Assembly: GCA_963710755.1 (NCBI GenBank)
Contig: CAVQBK010000003.1
Location: 256,001-320,000 of the forward strand
Direction of reading: 5' to 3'
DNA length: 64,000 bases
DNA from: an uncultured bacterium
GTDB lineage: Bacteria > Oederibacteriota > JAAXVQ01 > JAUVAV01
Positions within the stretch are counted from its first letter, which is position 1; each line of letters begins with the position of its first letter. Made by a program: the position numbers and the translations under genes. The notes beneath the pieces were generated by a model. It did no database searches. It saw only the letters and a list, made by a program, of their open reading frames with translations, and was not told the origin of the DNA. Of the stretch, positions 30,124-39,337 are shown one piece after another.

Positions 30124-30948
30124 TTGCGTTTAACAAATCCTTCTTATAAGCCGTGGACCATGGCGTTTTTGGCCGGGTTGATGCTGCTTTCTTTCCCTGA
30201 TGCCTCCTGGTGCAAATCCAGGTCAAGCCTGTGGACTATTAATGACCGCACCCAGGCGCCGAATTTCAAACGGCGGGTCAGAAAATTTTTAAACAACCAA
30301 GTGGATATTAAAATATTTCAAGAAATGAACGCGCTTTTTGCTTCTATTGAATGTGAATTCCCCCTGGATCTGATCAAAGCCATTGCCTGGCAGGAGAGTC
30401 GCTGGCAGCAATTTAATCCCGACGGATCGGTGACCAAGGGCATCAATTACCGTCAGAACAAGCGCCGCCGGCTTTATGTGGATTCCGTGGATTATGGTAT
30501 TATGCAGGTTAATAACCGCCGCAGCTCCCTCGATCCGCTGCAATGGGATTTCGCCCGCCTCAAAACAGATCCTTATTACAATGTGCTGGCCGGCATTGAA
30601 GTGCTTCGTCATAAAGTAGCCTATGCCCGGACCCTGCAAAAGTCACCGGACTGGCCAAACATTGAAAAAGCCTACCATCTCGAAGGGTACACCACCCTCG
30701 ATATTGCCGTCAAAGCCTACAATGGCATGCGCTATTCCTCGGAATACGTGGATAACATTCATCACGCCCGCCTCATGCGGCCCTGGGAAAATGCCGGCAT
30801 CAAGACCGCCACGTCCCGATATAAACCGCGGTCGCCGCTCCCGGCGGCCCACCTGCGCCCGGACCGCCAATTTCAGCAGTTGCGCCAAAAAGCTTCCGAT
30901 CAAATCCTGTCCAGACCGGTGTTTCTCGGCAATCATGATTTAAAATAA
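30124..30948 (+). CDS. Lytic transglycosylase (SLT domain), secreted
   Basis: AIAWQES (catalytic Glu), GIMQVN, AYNG. GGAGGAG SD and signal-like N-terminus. Confidence 0.85.
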   Translation: MRLTNPSYKPWTMAFLAGLMLLSFPDASWCKSRSSLWTINDRTQAPNFKRRVRKFLNNQVDIKIFQEMNALFASIECEFPLDLIKAIAWQESRWQQFNPDGSVTKGINYRQNKRRRLYVDSVDYGIMQVNNRRSSLDPLQWDFARLKTDPYYNVLAGIEVLRHKVAYARTLQKSPDWPNIEKAYHLEGYTTLDIAVKAYNGMRYSSEYVDNIHHARLMRPWENAGIKTATSRYKPRSPLPAAHLRPDRQFQQLRQKASDQILSRPVFLGNHDLK

Positions 30949-30967
30949 GTAGTCCACGTTGCTTGGC

Positions 30968-31225
30968 TTAGGGCCGGGTCTCTTCTTCCAAGGCGCTTAG
31001 CCGCGCCAAAGCTTCCTCGCGAGTTTGACCACAGTGTTCCCGCTGGGGCAGAAAGTTTCGGCATACCGCCGGATAGTCGGCCTGGCCCCACAGACAGCAG
31101 CGTCGGCTGTGAGGCTCCAGATGAAGGCAGACTTCTCCCGCGGGCTTGCCTTGAGGATGAAAGGGCAAGGGTGAAGAAATGGAAATGGCAATGCAACAAG
31201 CCGCACACCCGGGCCGGCACTGCAT
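30968..31225 (-). CDS. YkgJ-family cysteine cluster protein
   Basis: CRPGCAACC, GKPAGEVCLHL, YPAVCRNF, HCG. Confidence 0.85.
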   Translation of the reverse strand: MQCRPGCAACCIAISISSPLPFHPQGKPAGEVCLHLEPHSRRCCLWGQADYPAVCRNFLPQREHCGQTREEALARLSALEEETRP

Positions 31226-31226
31226 C

Positions 31227-31958
31227 TTAAGCCTGCCCTAGCATAGCCAGGATTTGCTGGTGCGCGGCCAAGGCTAATTGGTGCTTGTTATGCTTGTCTT
31301 CCGGGGCAGGCCTAATCACGTCACCCACCCGGATGGTGACCCGGGCCGGCTTGGTCAGCAGGTTGTGTTTGGGCAACGCCTGGTAGGTGCCGTCAATCGC
31401 CACGGGCAGCACCGGCAGGCCGCTGGCCAGAGCCAGCGCAAAACTGCCTTGTTTGAATTCATGCACCCGCCCGTCTGCGGAGCGCGTGCCTTCCGGAAAA
31501 ATCACCAAGGAAACGTGCGGCCGGTTTTTGATAATCCGGCTGGCTGCGATGATACTGTGCCGGGCGGAACGGGCGCTGCGACGATTGATGGCAATATGGC
31601 CCAGGGCCTTGATGCCCCATCCGAAAAAGGGAATATTAAATAATTCTTTTTTGGCGATAAAGATCAGGCGCAACGGCAGGCTGGCCATAAGCGCACTGAT
31701 ATCCAGATGACTTTGATGATTACAAACCAGAATGTATTTTTGTTGGGGATTGATTTTCTCCCGGCCGATCACTGTGACGGCCACGCCGCCCAGCCCCAGC
31801 AAATGACGGCACCATAAGCGGCCAATGGCATAACCGGCAGCCGGTGAAATCAGCCCTCCGGCCAATATACACAGCAGGCTATAAACCGGCGTGAGCAGCC
31901 AGTTCCAACCCAGGGTCATCAATCCTCTTAGTGGGGTAAGTAAGGCTTTCATGGTCAT
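31227..31958 (-). CDS. plsC: 1-acyl-sn-glycerol-3-phosphate acyltransferase
   Basis: NHQSHLD, AKKEL, FPEGTRS, FKQG. Start uncertain (31970/31958/31952). Confidence 0.88.
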   Translation of the reverse strand: MTMKALLTPLRGLMTLGWNWLLTPVYSLLCILAGGLISPAAGYAIGRLWCRHLLGLGGVAVTVIGREKINPQQKYILVCNHQSHLDISALMASLPLRLIFIAKKELFNIPFFGWGIKALGHIAINRRSARSARHSIIAASRIIKNRPHVSLVIFPEGTRSADGRVHEFKQGSFALALASGLPVLPVAIDGTYQALPKHNLLTKPARVTIRVGDVIRPAPEDKHNKHQLALAAHQQILAMLGQA

Positions 31959-32021
31959 CGTCCGAATCAAGGTGTGCCAACAACAGGTCCACTAATAGCA
32001 TAAAAATGAACCAGCTTCAAG

Positions 32022-32629
32022 GGGCAGCCGCAGGCGTCCTTTTTATATAATATCGTTCCGGTCAGGGCTGCCGCAGGCGTCCTTTTCATATAATATCGTT
32101 CCGGTCAGGGCTGCCGCAGGCGTCCTTTTCATATAATATCGTTCCGGTCAGGGCTGCCTCAGGCGTCCTTTTCATATAATATCGTTCCGGTCAGGGCTGC
32201 CGCAGGCGTCCTTTTTATATAATATCGTTCCGGTCAGGGCTGCCGCAGGCGTCCTTTTCATATAATATCGTTCCGGTCAGGGCTGCCGCAGGCGTCCTTT
32301 TCATATAATATCGTTCCGGTCAGGGCTGCCGCAGGCGTCCTTTTCATATAATATCGTTCCGGTCAGGGCTGCCGCAGGCGTCCTTTTTATATAATATCGT
32401 TCCGGTCAGGGCTGCCGCAGGCGTCCTTTTCATATAATATCGTTCCGGTCAGGGCTGCCGCAGGCGTCCTTTTTATATAATATCGTTCCGGTCAGGGCTG
32501 CCGCAGGCGTCCTTTTTATATAATATCGTTCCGGTCAGGGCTGCCGCAGGCGTCCTTTTTATATAATATCGTTCCGGTCAGGGCTGCCGCAGGCGTCCTT
32601 TTTATATAATATCGTTCCGGTCAGGGCAG
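32022..32629. repeat. Tandem array: 14 x 43 bp plus 6-bp partial copy
   Basis: Unit GGGCTGCCGCAGGCGTCCTTTT(T/C)ATATAATATCGTTCCGGTCA starts at 32022+43k (k=0..13). No spacers. Confidence 0.97.
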
Positions 32630-33628
32630 ACGTTTGTCCAAGGTGAACATAAAAATTACTTCTGCCAAAAACAAGGCTGCGGCCAACAATAAAAACCACA
32701 GACCCATGTCTTTATGCGCCCGGAAATCTTTCACCTTTAATGCCGTCCGTTCCAGCCGGCGTATCTCCTGATAGACGGCGTCCAGCTGGCGCTGATCTTC
32801 AGCCCGAAAATAGCGGCCGCTGGTCATGCTAGCAATGGCTTGCAGCGTGGCTTCATCCAATTCTTCATAATGCACCGAGCCATCGGGATCGAGCAGCACT
32901 TTTTCCGCGCCCGTGGCATCCTTGACCATGATGGGCGCGCCCCCTTCCCGTCCAACACCAATAGTATAAATCTTGATATGCAAGGCTGCGGCGATTTCCG
33001 CCGCGGTGAGCGGATCCAGAGGACCGGCATTGTTATTGCCGTCCGTGAGCAAAATGATAATCTTGGCTTTGGCCTGGCTATGGCTGAGCCGGTTAAGGGC
33101 TGAGGTCAAAGCCAGGCCTATGGCTGTACCATCGGTGGTCATGCCGATTTGCAAATGATCAATGAGCAGCTGCAAGGTCTGGTAATCCACGGTCAAGGGA
33201 CAAACTTGGTAGGCCCGGGCAGCAAAAGCCACCATGCCAATGCGGTCCTGATGAGCCTGGGCCAAAAAACGGCGCAGCGCCGCCTTGGCTGCCTGTAGCC
33301 GATTAAGCGGATCAAAGTCACGGGCTGACATGCTCCCGGAAATATCCAGGGCCAGCATGATATCCAACCCGGAAGTTCGATAGTATGGTGCCACCGTTTT
33401 ATGCTGGGGTCTGGCCGCGGCCAGGATAAGCACACCCAACAAGGCCAGACGAATAAATTCGCGGGGACCACTGCCCGGACGGCGACCGTTTTGAAAGGCT
33501 GCCTTGGCCGCGCTGGCCTCAGGATAAAGCACGCTGGGAGGCTGGCCCCAGCCTTTTTGACGCAAGATGACCAGGCCCGGAATCAGCAATAGGAGCAGGA
33601 GCGTCCAGGGCTGGGCAAAACTGATCAT
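32621..33628 (-). CDS. batA: BatA VWA domain protein
   Basis: AARPQ, MIDAS DISGS, GTAIG, LLTDGNNNAG, IYTIGVG, GRYFRA, TM at both ends. Confidence 0.9.
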   Translation of the reverse strand: MISFAQPWTLLLLLLIPGLVILRQKGWGQPPSVLYPEASAAKAAFQNGRRPGSGPREFIRLALLGVLILAAARPQHKTVAPYYRTSGLDIMLALDISGSMSARDFDPLNRLQAAKAALRRFLAQAHQDRIGMVAFAARAYQVCPLTVDYQTLQLLIDHLQIGMTTDGTAIGLALTSALNRLSHSQAKAKIIILLTDGNNNAGPLDPLTAAEIAAALHIKIYTIGVGREGGAPIMVKDATGAEKVLLDPDGSVHYEELDEATLQAIASMTSGRYFRAEDQRQLDAVYQEIRRLERTALKVKDFRAHKDMGLWFLLLAAALFLAEVIFMFTLDKRLP

Positions 33629-34620
33629 CGTGGCTCCTGGCTTTCTGTTTCCTCAGTCTGTACAATAATCAGCTCGGCCAGGGCATGGGCGGCCTGCAGC
33701 CTTTCCTGAGAAACCGGTTCCATGGCAAATTTAACCAAATCCGCTTCCTGCAGTAAGGCATTGATCAACTCCAGCTTGTCTGCCTCCACCCCTTGGGCTT
33801 GCAGCGCCTCCAGGACAGCTATGCGTGACCATTCCAGTGCCGGCAACTGATAGCGTTCCGACAAATAGCGCCGTATGACTTTGGATAAAGTGGTGAAATA
33901 GATTTGTCCTGATTCAGGGTTGGCCATGTCAGAATGGCTGAGCAGCCGCAACCCCTGTCGGGCCATGCGCTGGGCACTAGGACGCTTTTTGCCCTTGGGT
34001 CCGCGTTGGTGGATGAACAGCCGTGCCAAGAGCACCATGACCGCTATCAAGCCCAGGCCCATAACCAAAAGACCGGTCCATGATAAAGGCATCGGTCCGC
34101 GGGGATTGATTAAATGCAGTCCCTTTTCGGGATGCATGCTGCCCACGGTCACCTGTACCGGCGCGGTATAGGCGGTTTCCGAATTGCCGTTGTCCCATTC
34201 GATTTTTATGGGCAGCGGCGGGATGGTCACCCGCTGGAGTTCAAACGCCTTGAGCGTATATATGCCCTGCCTGGCCAAAAAGCCTGCATGCTTGCGGCTG
34301 ACGTCTTTTTCCGCATAGGCCATCACTTGACAGCCTGCTATCGGGGCATGCTCACCGGGCAACTGCACCAAGCCGCGATTAGCCCCGGCGGTGATCACTG
34401 CATGAAACGATTGGCCGATCATGACCACGCGGGTGTTGACCGCTGCATCCACAAAAAAAGGACGCTCAGTCCCATCCGCCGGCCGGGGCAACCAGCTCAA
34501 TCCCAGCAGAAGCACCATGCCCAAAAAGCGAAGTCTGTGCCGCCCAAGGAAGGCCATGCACTGATTTTTAACCCTGCCGAAAAATTGAACTATAGGAGCA
34601 GCTGTTATGGATATCGCCAT
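33625..34620 (-). CDS. Bat-operon membrane protein (Ig-like domain + TM + helical C-terminus)
   Basis: Position between DUF58 and batA, YFTTLSKVIRRYL and ADLVKFA motifs. Start uncertain. Confidence 0.75.
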   Translation of the reverse strand: MAISITAAPIVQFFGRVKNQCMAFLGRHRLRFLGMVLLLGLSWLPRPADGTERPFFVDAAVNTRVVMIGQSFHAVITAGANRGLVQLPGEHAPIAGCQVMAYAEKDVSRKHAGFLARQGIYTLKAFELQRVTIPPLPIKIEWDNGNSETAYTAPVQVTVGSMHPEKGLHLINPRGPMPLSWTGLLVMGLGLIAVMVLLARLFIHQRGPKGKKRPSAQRMARQGLRLLSHSDMANPESGQIYFTTLSKVIRRYLSERYQLPALEWSRIAVLEALQAQGVEADKLELINALLQEADLVKFAMEPVSQERLQAAHALAELIIVQTEETESQEPR

Positions 34621-34708
34621 GATGGTCTTCCCCGTCCTATTACTTAAAGTGCATGGGTCCTGTTAATAGGTCCCTTCTACAGACTTGCCGCTGCGTTCAG
34701 GTCGGGCC

Positions 34709-35596
34709 CTATACTGCAATTTTTTTCTGTCGTTTTTTAAAAAACGTCATCAACGGCTTGACGCTGGATTGGTGAGTGTAGAGTTCCACCGCATCCACTT
34801 GGTGACTGGCAAAATAGGTCATGCGGGCTTTGGCCCGCGCCCGGGCAAACCGGGTATACTCCCTGGCCAGGCGGGGATTGGTGGTATCGATTTCAATGCT
34901 TTCCCCACTCTCAGGATCGCTCAGCCCGAGCCAGCCCACGGCCGGCAGTTGGTAATCCCGTTTATCATTGAGAATCAGAGCCACACAATCATGCTTGCGT
35001 TGGGCAATGTTCAGGGCTGTGGTAAAGTCATGAGCATAAAAATCGGAGAGCAAAAAAACGATGCTTTTACGTTTGAGGGCTTTGGCCAGAAAAGCCAAGG
35101 CACTGTTCAGATCCGTGCCGCGCGCCCGGGGGCGGTAATTAAGAATTTCCGTAATCAGACGCATCACATGGGGCCGACCTTTTTTAGGCGGTACAAAGCG
35201 CTCTACCTGATCGGAAAAAAGCAGTAAGCCTACGCGGTCATTGTTCTTCACTGCTGAAAAAGCCAGCAAGGCCGCGGCTTCCGCCGCCAGATCGGCTTTG
35301 CGCTGTACCTGCGACCCAAACCCTACGGAAGCTGAGACATCCACCACTAAAATCATGGTCAGTTCCCGTTCTTCCCGGTAGCGTTTGACATATAGATGGC
35401 CTGTGCGGGCCGTAACATTCCAGTCTATGGTGCGCACATCATCGCCGCGCAGATAGGGCCGCACTTCGGCAAATTCCACGCCCTGACCTTTGAAGATGCT
35501 GTGATAGGCGCCGGAAAAAACCTGGTTCACGCTGGCTCTGGTGGCGATCTCCAGTTTCTTGACTTTTTTCAGCAATTCCGCCGGGGATGGTGCCAT
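34709..35596 (-). CDS. DUF58 domain protein (MoxR-associated)
   Basis: GVEFAEVRPY..GDDVRTIDWNVTAR, DVSAS, NNDRVG, LSDF. Confidence 0.93.
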   Translation of the reverse strand: MAPSPAELLKKVKKLEIATRASVNQVFSGAYHSIFKGQGVEFAEVRPYLRGDDVRTIDWNVTARTGHLYVKRYREERELTMILVVDVSASVGFGSQVQRKADLAAEAAALLAFSAVKNNDRVGLLLFSDQVERFVPPKKGRPHVMRLITEILNYRPRARGTDLNSALAFLAKALKRKSIVFLLSDFYAHDFTTALNIAQRKHDCVALILNDKRDYQLPAVGWLGLSDPESGESIEIDTTNPRLAREYTRFARARAKARMTYFASHQVDAVELYTHQSSVKPLMTFFKKRQKKIAV

Positions 35597-35599
35597 GTC

Positions 35600-36589
35600 C
35601 TAGGGAATCTCAACTTTTTCCAAAATATGCTGCACCAGTTCTTCGGCCGTGATATCCTCCGCCTCGGCCTCATAGGTCAGGATCACCCGGTGACGGAGCA
35701 CATCCATGGCCACGGCCTGAACATCTTCCGGCGCCACGTAACCCCGTTCCCGCAGAAAGGCATGAGCCCGTGCGGTCTGGGCCAGAAACAAAGAAGCCCG
35801 TGGGGAGGCGCCAAATTGAATGTGCGCTTTGAGGTCTTGCAGTTGGAACGCTTCCGGTTGACGGGTGGCGGTTACCAGGGAAACAATATACTGTTCGATT
35901 TTTTCGTCCATATAACATTCCGCCAGCAATTGGCGGGCCGTGAATATATTGTCCACCGTGGCCCGGGGCATTATCCGGCGCTGCTGCTTGGTGCCGTGCC
36001 GGCGCACGATAGTCAGTTCTTCTTCCATGCTGGGATAGTCCACTTTAATTTTGAGCATAAACCGGTCCACCTGTGCTTCCGGCAAGGGGTAGGTGCCTTC
36101 CTGCTCAATGGGATTTTGGGTGGCCAGAATAAGAAAAGGCGATGGCAGCAGGTAGGTACGGTCGCCGATGGTGACCTGCCTTTCCTGCATGGCTTCCAAC
36201 AGGGCGCTTTGCACTTTGGCCGGCGCGCGGTTGATTTCATCAGCCAGAATCAGGTTGCTGAAGACCGGACCCTGTTTGGGTACAAATTCCTGTTTCTTTT
36301 GATCGAAAATCAACGTGCCGATGATATCGGCCGGCAATAGATCAGGCGTAAATTGAATGCGCTGAAAACTGGTGGAAATGGTTTCCGCCAGGGTCTTGAC
36401 GGTCAGGGTTTTGGCCAATCCCGGCACGCCTTCCACCAGAATATGACCGTCTGCCAACAGTCCGATAAGCATGCGTTCGATCATCATCTCCTGTCCGACG
36501 ATCACTTTGCTGACTTCTTTAACGATATCCTTAAGAAAAAGACTTTCAAATTTAATGCGTTCGTTTAATTGCTGAAGATTTTTATTCAT
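35600..36589 (-). CDS. moxR: MoxR-family AAA+ ATPase
   Basis: GVPGLAKT, RIQFTPDLLPAD, DEINRAPAKVQSALLE, ATQNP, GASPR. Confidence 0.95.
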   Translation of the reverse strand: MNKNLQQLNERIKFESLFLKDIVKEVSKVIVGQEMMIERMLIGLLADGHILVEGVPGLAKTLTVKTLAETISTSFQRIQFTPDLLPADIIGTLIFDQKKQEFVPKQGPVFSNLILADEINRAPAKVQSALLEAMQERQVTIGDRTYLLPSPFLILATQNPIEQEGTYPLPEAQVDRFMLKIKVDYPSMEEELTIVRRHGTKQQRRIMPRATVDNIFTARQLLAECYMDEKIEQYIVSLVTATRQPEAFQLQDLKAHIQFGASPRASLFLAQTARAHAFLRERGYVAPEDVQAVAMDVLRHRVILTYEAEAEDITAEELVQHILEKVEIP

Positions 36590-36691
36590 ACCTGGCTCCT
36601 GCGTTGACGGTTACTTGCAAAGAAAGTGCTCTTCCCTGACAACCGGTGTTAAGTCGTCCTTGCGAATACGCGCATGGCAGTATGGGATCGT

Positions 36692-37825
36692 TTAATCCTT
36701 GATCAATTCCAATTTTTCCCTGACTTTTTTAATCGATTCTTTGGCTTTCTTGTGATGAGGATCAATATCGAGCAGCAAATCCCAGATTTGCAAAGCTTGT
36801 TGATAATGACCCAAGGCATAAGCGTTGATGCCCCGGCGGTACAATTCTTCCACCACACCTTGCTTATCTTTTTTGGCCCGTGCCCAGGCCGCCTGAACCT
36901 CGCTGTTAGACGGGTCCATGGCCATCATATCCCGCAGTGCTTTCATCTCCCCCACCGCATCGCCTTGTGCTTGGGCTTGTGCGGCTTTGGCCTTGGTCTC
37001 GACTATTTCCTGCTGCCGTTGTTTTTTAGCTTGGTTTAAATAATAAAGTGCTTTACTGTGGCTGGGCATGAATTCCAGAATCAGTTCAAATTCTGTAATG
37101 GCCGTTCCCCATTCGCGGTTATTATAGGCTTGTATGCCGGCCAGGTAATGTTTCTGAATGGCGCCCTGCACGGAAGTGTTGCGGCGCACGGATTTGGCAC
37201 TGGTGCCAGCCTTAATTCTGTCGGTCAGAGGTGGCCGCCGGGCAGACGTAGTCAGCCGGCCGCTGGGGGCATTGGTGCGGCGGTCACCCTCAGCAGGCAT
37301 GGTGGTGATGGTCAAACCGGCCTGGTTGGCCGATTGTATCCGGTCCAGGGCTGCCAGGGCTTCCGGATAGCCGGGAATAATTTTTAAGGCCCCTTTGTAT
37401 TTTACGGCTGCTTCTATAGGATTGCCTTCTTTTTCAAAAGTTTGACCTTCTTCGAAAAGATCCTGCGCTTTTTGGACCATAGCTTGCAAACTGTCGGCCC
37501 GGCCATTGCCTTCTGCCTCCTGGCGCTTTTTATCTTTTCGCGCCCATGATAACGCCCGAAGCGCTTTGTCCCATTGGGGGTGCAGCTTTAAGGCGCGCAG
37601 AAATTCTTCAATAGCCTCATCGTAAGCTTGTTTAAAGAGCAGCCGTTTGCCTTTTTCATAATGTTGTTGGGCTGCAGTCTCTTCTTCCACTGTGGGGGTT
37701 AGGGCCTGGTCTTCTTGATTGAGGTGGGCTTGGTTACCGGTCTGAGGAGCAATAACCGCGTGCAAACCAACAGGCTGTAAAACCCCCAGCAGGCCTGCCA
37801 TGACTAGGACATGTCCTTTCCACAT
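36692..37825 (-). CDS. Secreted TPR protein
   Basis: Signal-like N-terminus (ATG 37825) and several separated TPR units. Confidence 0.8.
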   Translation of the reverse strand: MWKGHVLVMAGLLGVLQPVGLHAVIAPQTGNQAHLNQEDQALTPTVEEETAAQQHYEKGKRLLFKQAYDEAIEEFLRALKLHPQWDKALRALSWARKDKKRQEAEGNGRADSLQAMVQKAQDLFEEGQTFEKEGNPIEAAVKYKGALKIIPGYPEALAALDRIQSANQAGLTITTMPAEGDRRTNAPSGRLTTSARRPPLTDRIKAGTSAKSVRRNTSVQGAIQKHYLAGIQAYNNREWGTAITEFELILEFMPSHSKALYYLNQAKKQRQQEIVETKAKAAQAQAQGDAVGEMKALRDMMAMDPSNSEVQAAWARAKKDKQGVVEELYRRGINAYALGHYQQALQIWDLLLDIDPHHKKAKESIKKVREKLELIKD

Positions 37826-38103
37826 CTTAACCTTCCCGGCATAAAGCAATCCTGGAGCAGGAGCAACCCAAGTTGATGACCTGGTAGCCTCCACTCCTGG
37901 TTGAGTTTATCATTGGCCTTAACCAACGTCAATCATCTCCTCCTGGCAACTTCTCCGTCATGGACCTGACAGGCCTGAGGCACTACGAAACCGTTAAACA
38001 TCAAAAAGCGGAACCATGGTTAAACCAGTGAAAATTGATTTTACACTTCTTCCATCATCCTTGGGGTTGCCCCGGTATATTCTGGGAACGCCTTAAAAAT
38101 CCA

Positions 38104-38133
38104 TTGACCATTTTCAGTCCGGCTCTATACAAT
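38104..38133 (+). promoter_or_regulatory. Sigma70-like promoter of the CapA-family gene
   Basis: TTGACC-18 bp-TACAAT, with the ATG following 6 nt later. Confidence 0.6.
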
Positions 38134-38139
38134 GACGCC

Positions 38140-39309
38140 ATGTTTAAAACAACTTTCTCCCTTAGACATGCCGGCTTTGGTTTTCTTGGCCTGACCTTGC
38201 TCAGTGCCTGCGCTTCCATGCCGGCCATCAGCCCCAACATGACTGCGGCGACGCCCCTTGCGACCGCCGAGCCTACGGCCACCCCCGTGGTGGAAGCTGT
38301 GGGCCTGACCTTGGTGGCCGGCGGCGATGTGCTGCCCGGTGCTTTTTTGAACCCTTACCTGGCAAAGAATGGTCCCGGTTACCCCTATGAGCACATTGCA
38401 CCCTATTTTCAATCCGCACAGGTCGGGCTGGTTAATTTGGAATGTCCCTTGTCCACCAGCGGCCAACGCTTTAGCCATAAAAAATTTACTTTTCGTGCCG
38501 ATCCCCAGGCCGCCCAGGCTATGAAACAAGCAGGTATCAATGCCGTGGCCCTGGCCAACAATCACATCATGGATTTTGGGTTGCCGGCGCTTCAGGATAC
38601 CTTGACCAGCCTGGAGACTGCCGGGATTGTTTATACTGGCGCCGGGTTAACCCGCAATGAAGCCCGCAAGCCGGCAGTGATCACCATTGCCCATGGCCCG
38701 ACCGTGGCCATGCTTTCCTACTCCCTGACCTATCCCGATGAATTTTGGGCAGGCGCCCATCGGCCCGGAACAGCCTATGCCCAGCTAAAAGCTGTGGAAG
38801 AGGATATTAATTCCGCCAATGCCTGGGCCGATGTGGTGATCGTATCTTACCATTGGGGCGCAGAATTAATGCGCTATCCCAAGGGATACCAACGCCAATT
38901 CGCCCACGCCAGTATTGATGCGGGCGCCGATGTGGTAATTGGTACCCATCCGCATGTGTTACAAGGCATGGAGTTTTATAAAGATAAATTGATCTTATAT
39001 TCCTTGGGCAATCTGGCTTTTGGCGGAGGCCGCAGCAAACGCGCGGTGGACAGTGCGTTGGTTAAACTAATATGGGACAGTAGCTGGGATCGCTTTACCG
39101 TCTGGGTTCTACCGCTCAATGTGGATAATTTGGACACCGCGTTCATGCCTGCGCCAATGGATGGCGCGCATGGCCAGCAGCTGCTGGCTCAGCTTAAAAC
39201 ATTATCTCAGGCGTGGGGTATTACCTATGGCCAGGAGCAGGCGGGATGGACCCAGGTTTTACAAACCGCGCCGAATACCGTGAAAGCCTCTCGCACTACC
39301 GGACCCTGA
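38140..39309 (+). CDS. CapA-family metallophosphoesterase lipoprotein
   Basis: Lipobox LLSAC, GDV, NLECP, LANNHIMDFG, HWG, GTHPH, YSLGN. Confidence 0.88.
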   Translation: MFKTTFSLRHAGFGFLGLTLLSACASMPAISPNMTAATPLATAEPTATPVVEAVGLTLVAGGDVLPGAFLNPYLAKNGPGYPYEHIAPYFQSAQVGLVNLECPLSTSGQRFSHKKFTFRADPQAAQAMKQAGINAVALANNHIMDFGLPALQDTLTSLETAGIVYTGAGLTRNEARKPAVITIAHGPTVAMLSYSLTYPDEFWAGAHRPGTAYAQLKAVEEDINSANAWADVVIVSYHWGAELMRYPKGYQRQFAHASIDAGADVVIGTHPHVLQGMEFYKDKLILYSLGNLAFGGGRSKRAVDSALVKLIWDSSWDRFTVWVLPLNVDNLDTAFMPAPMDGAHGQQLLAQLKTLSQAWGITYGQEQAGWTQVLQTAPNTVKASRTTGP

Positions 39310-39337
39310 TTACTCAAGCTTTTTAAAAATTTGGGCC

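Noticed and set aside
32022-32629. CRISPR array
   Set aside because: Units are contiguous and near-identical with no unique spacers, and there are no cas genes in the window.
35396-36340. Long plus-strand ORFs opposite moxR (and 42199-43032 opposite gyrA)
   Set aside because: Antisense frames of conserved genes with no independent motifs.
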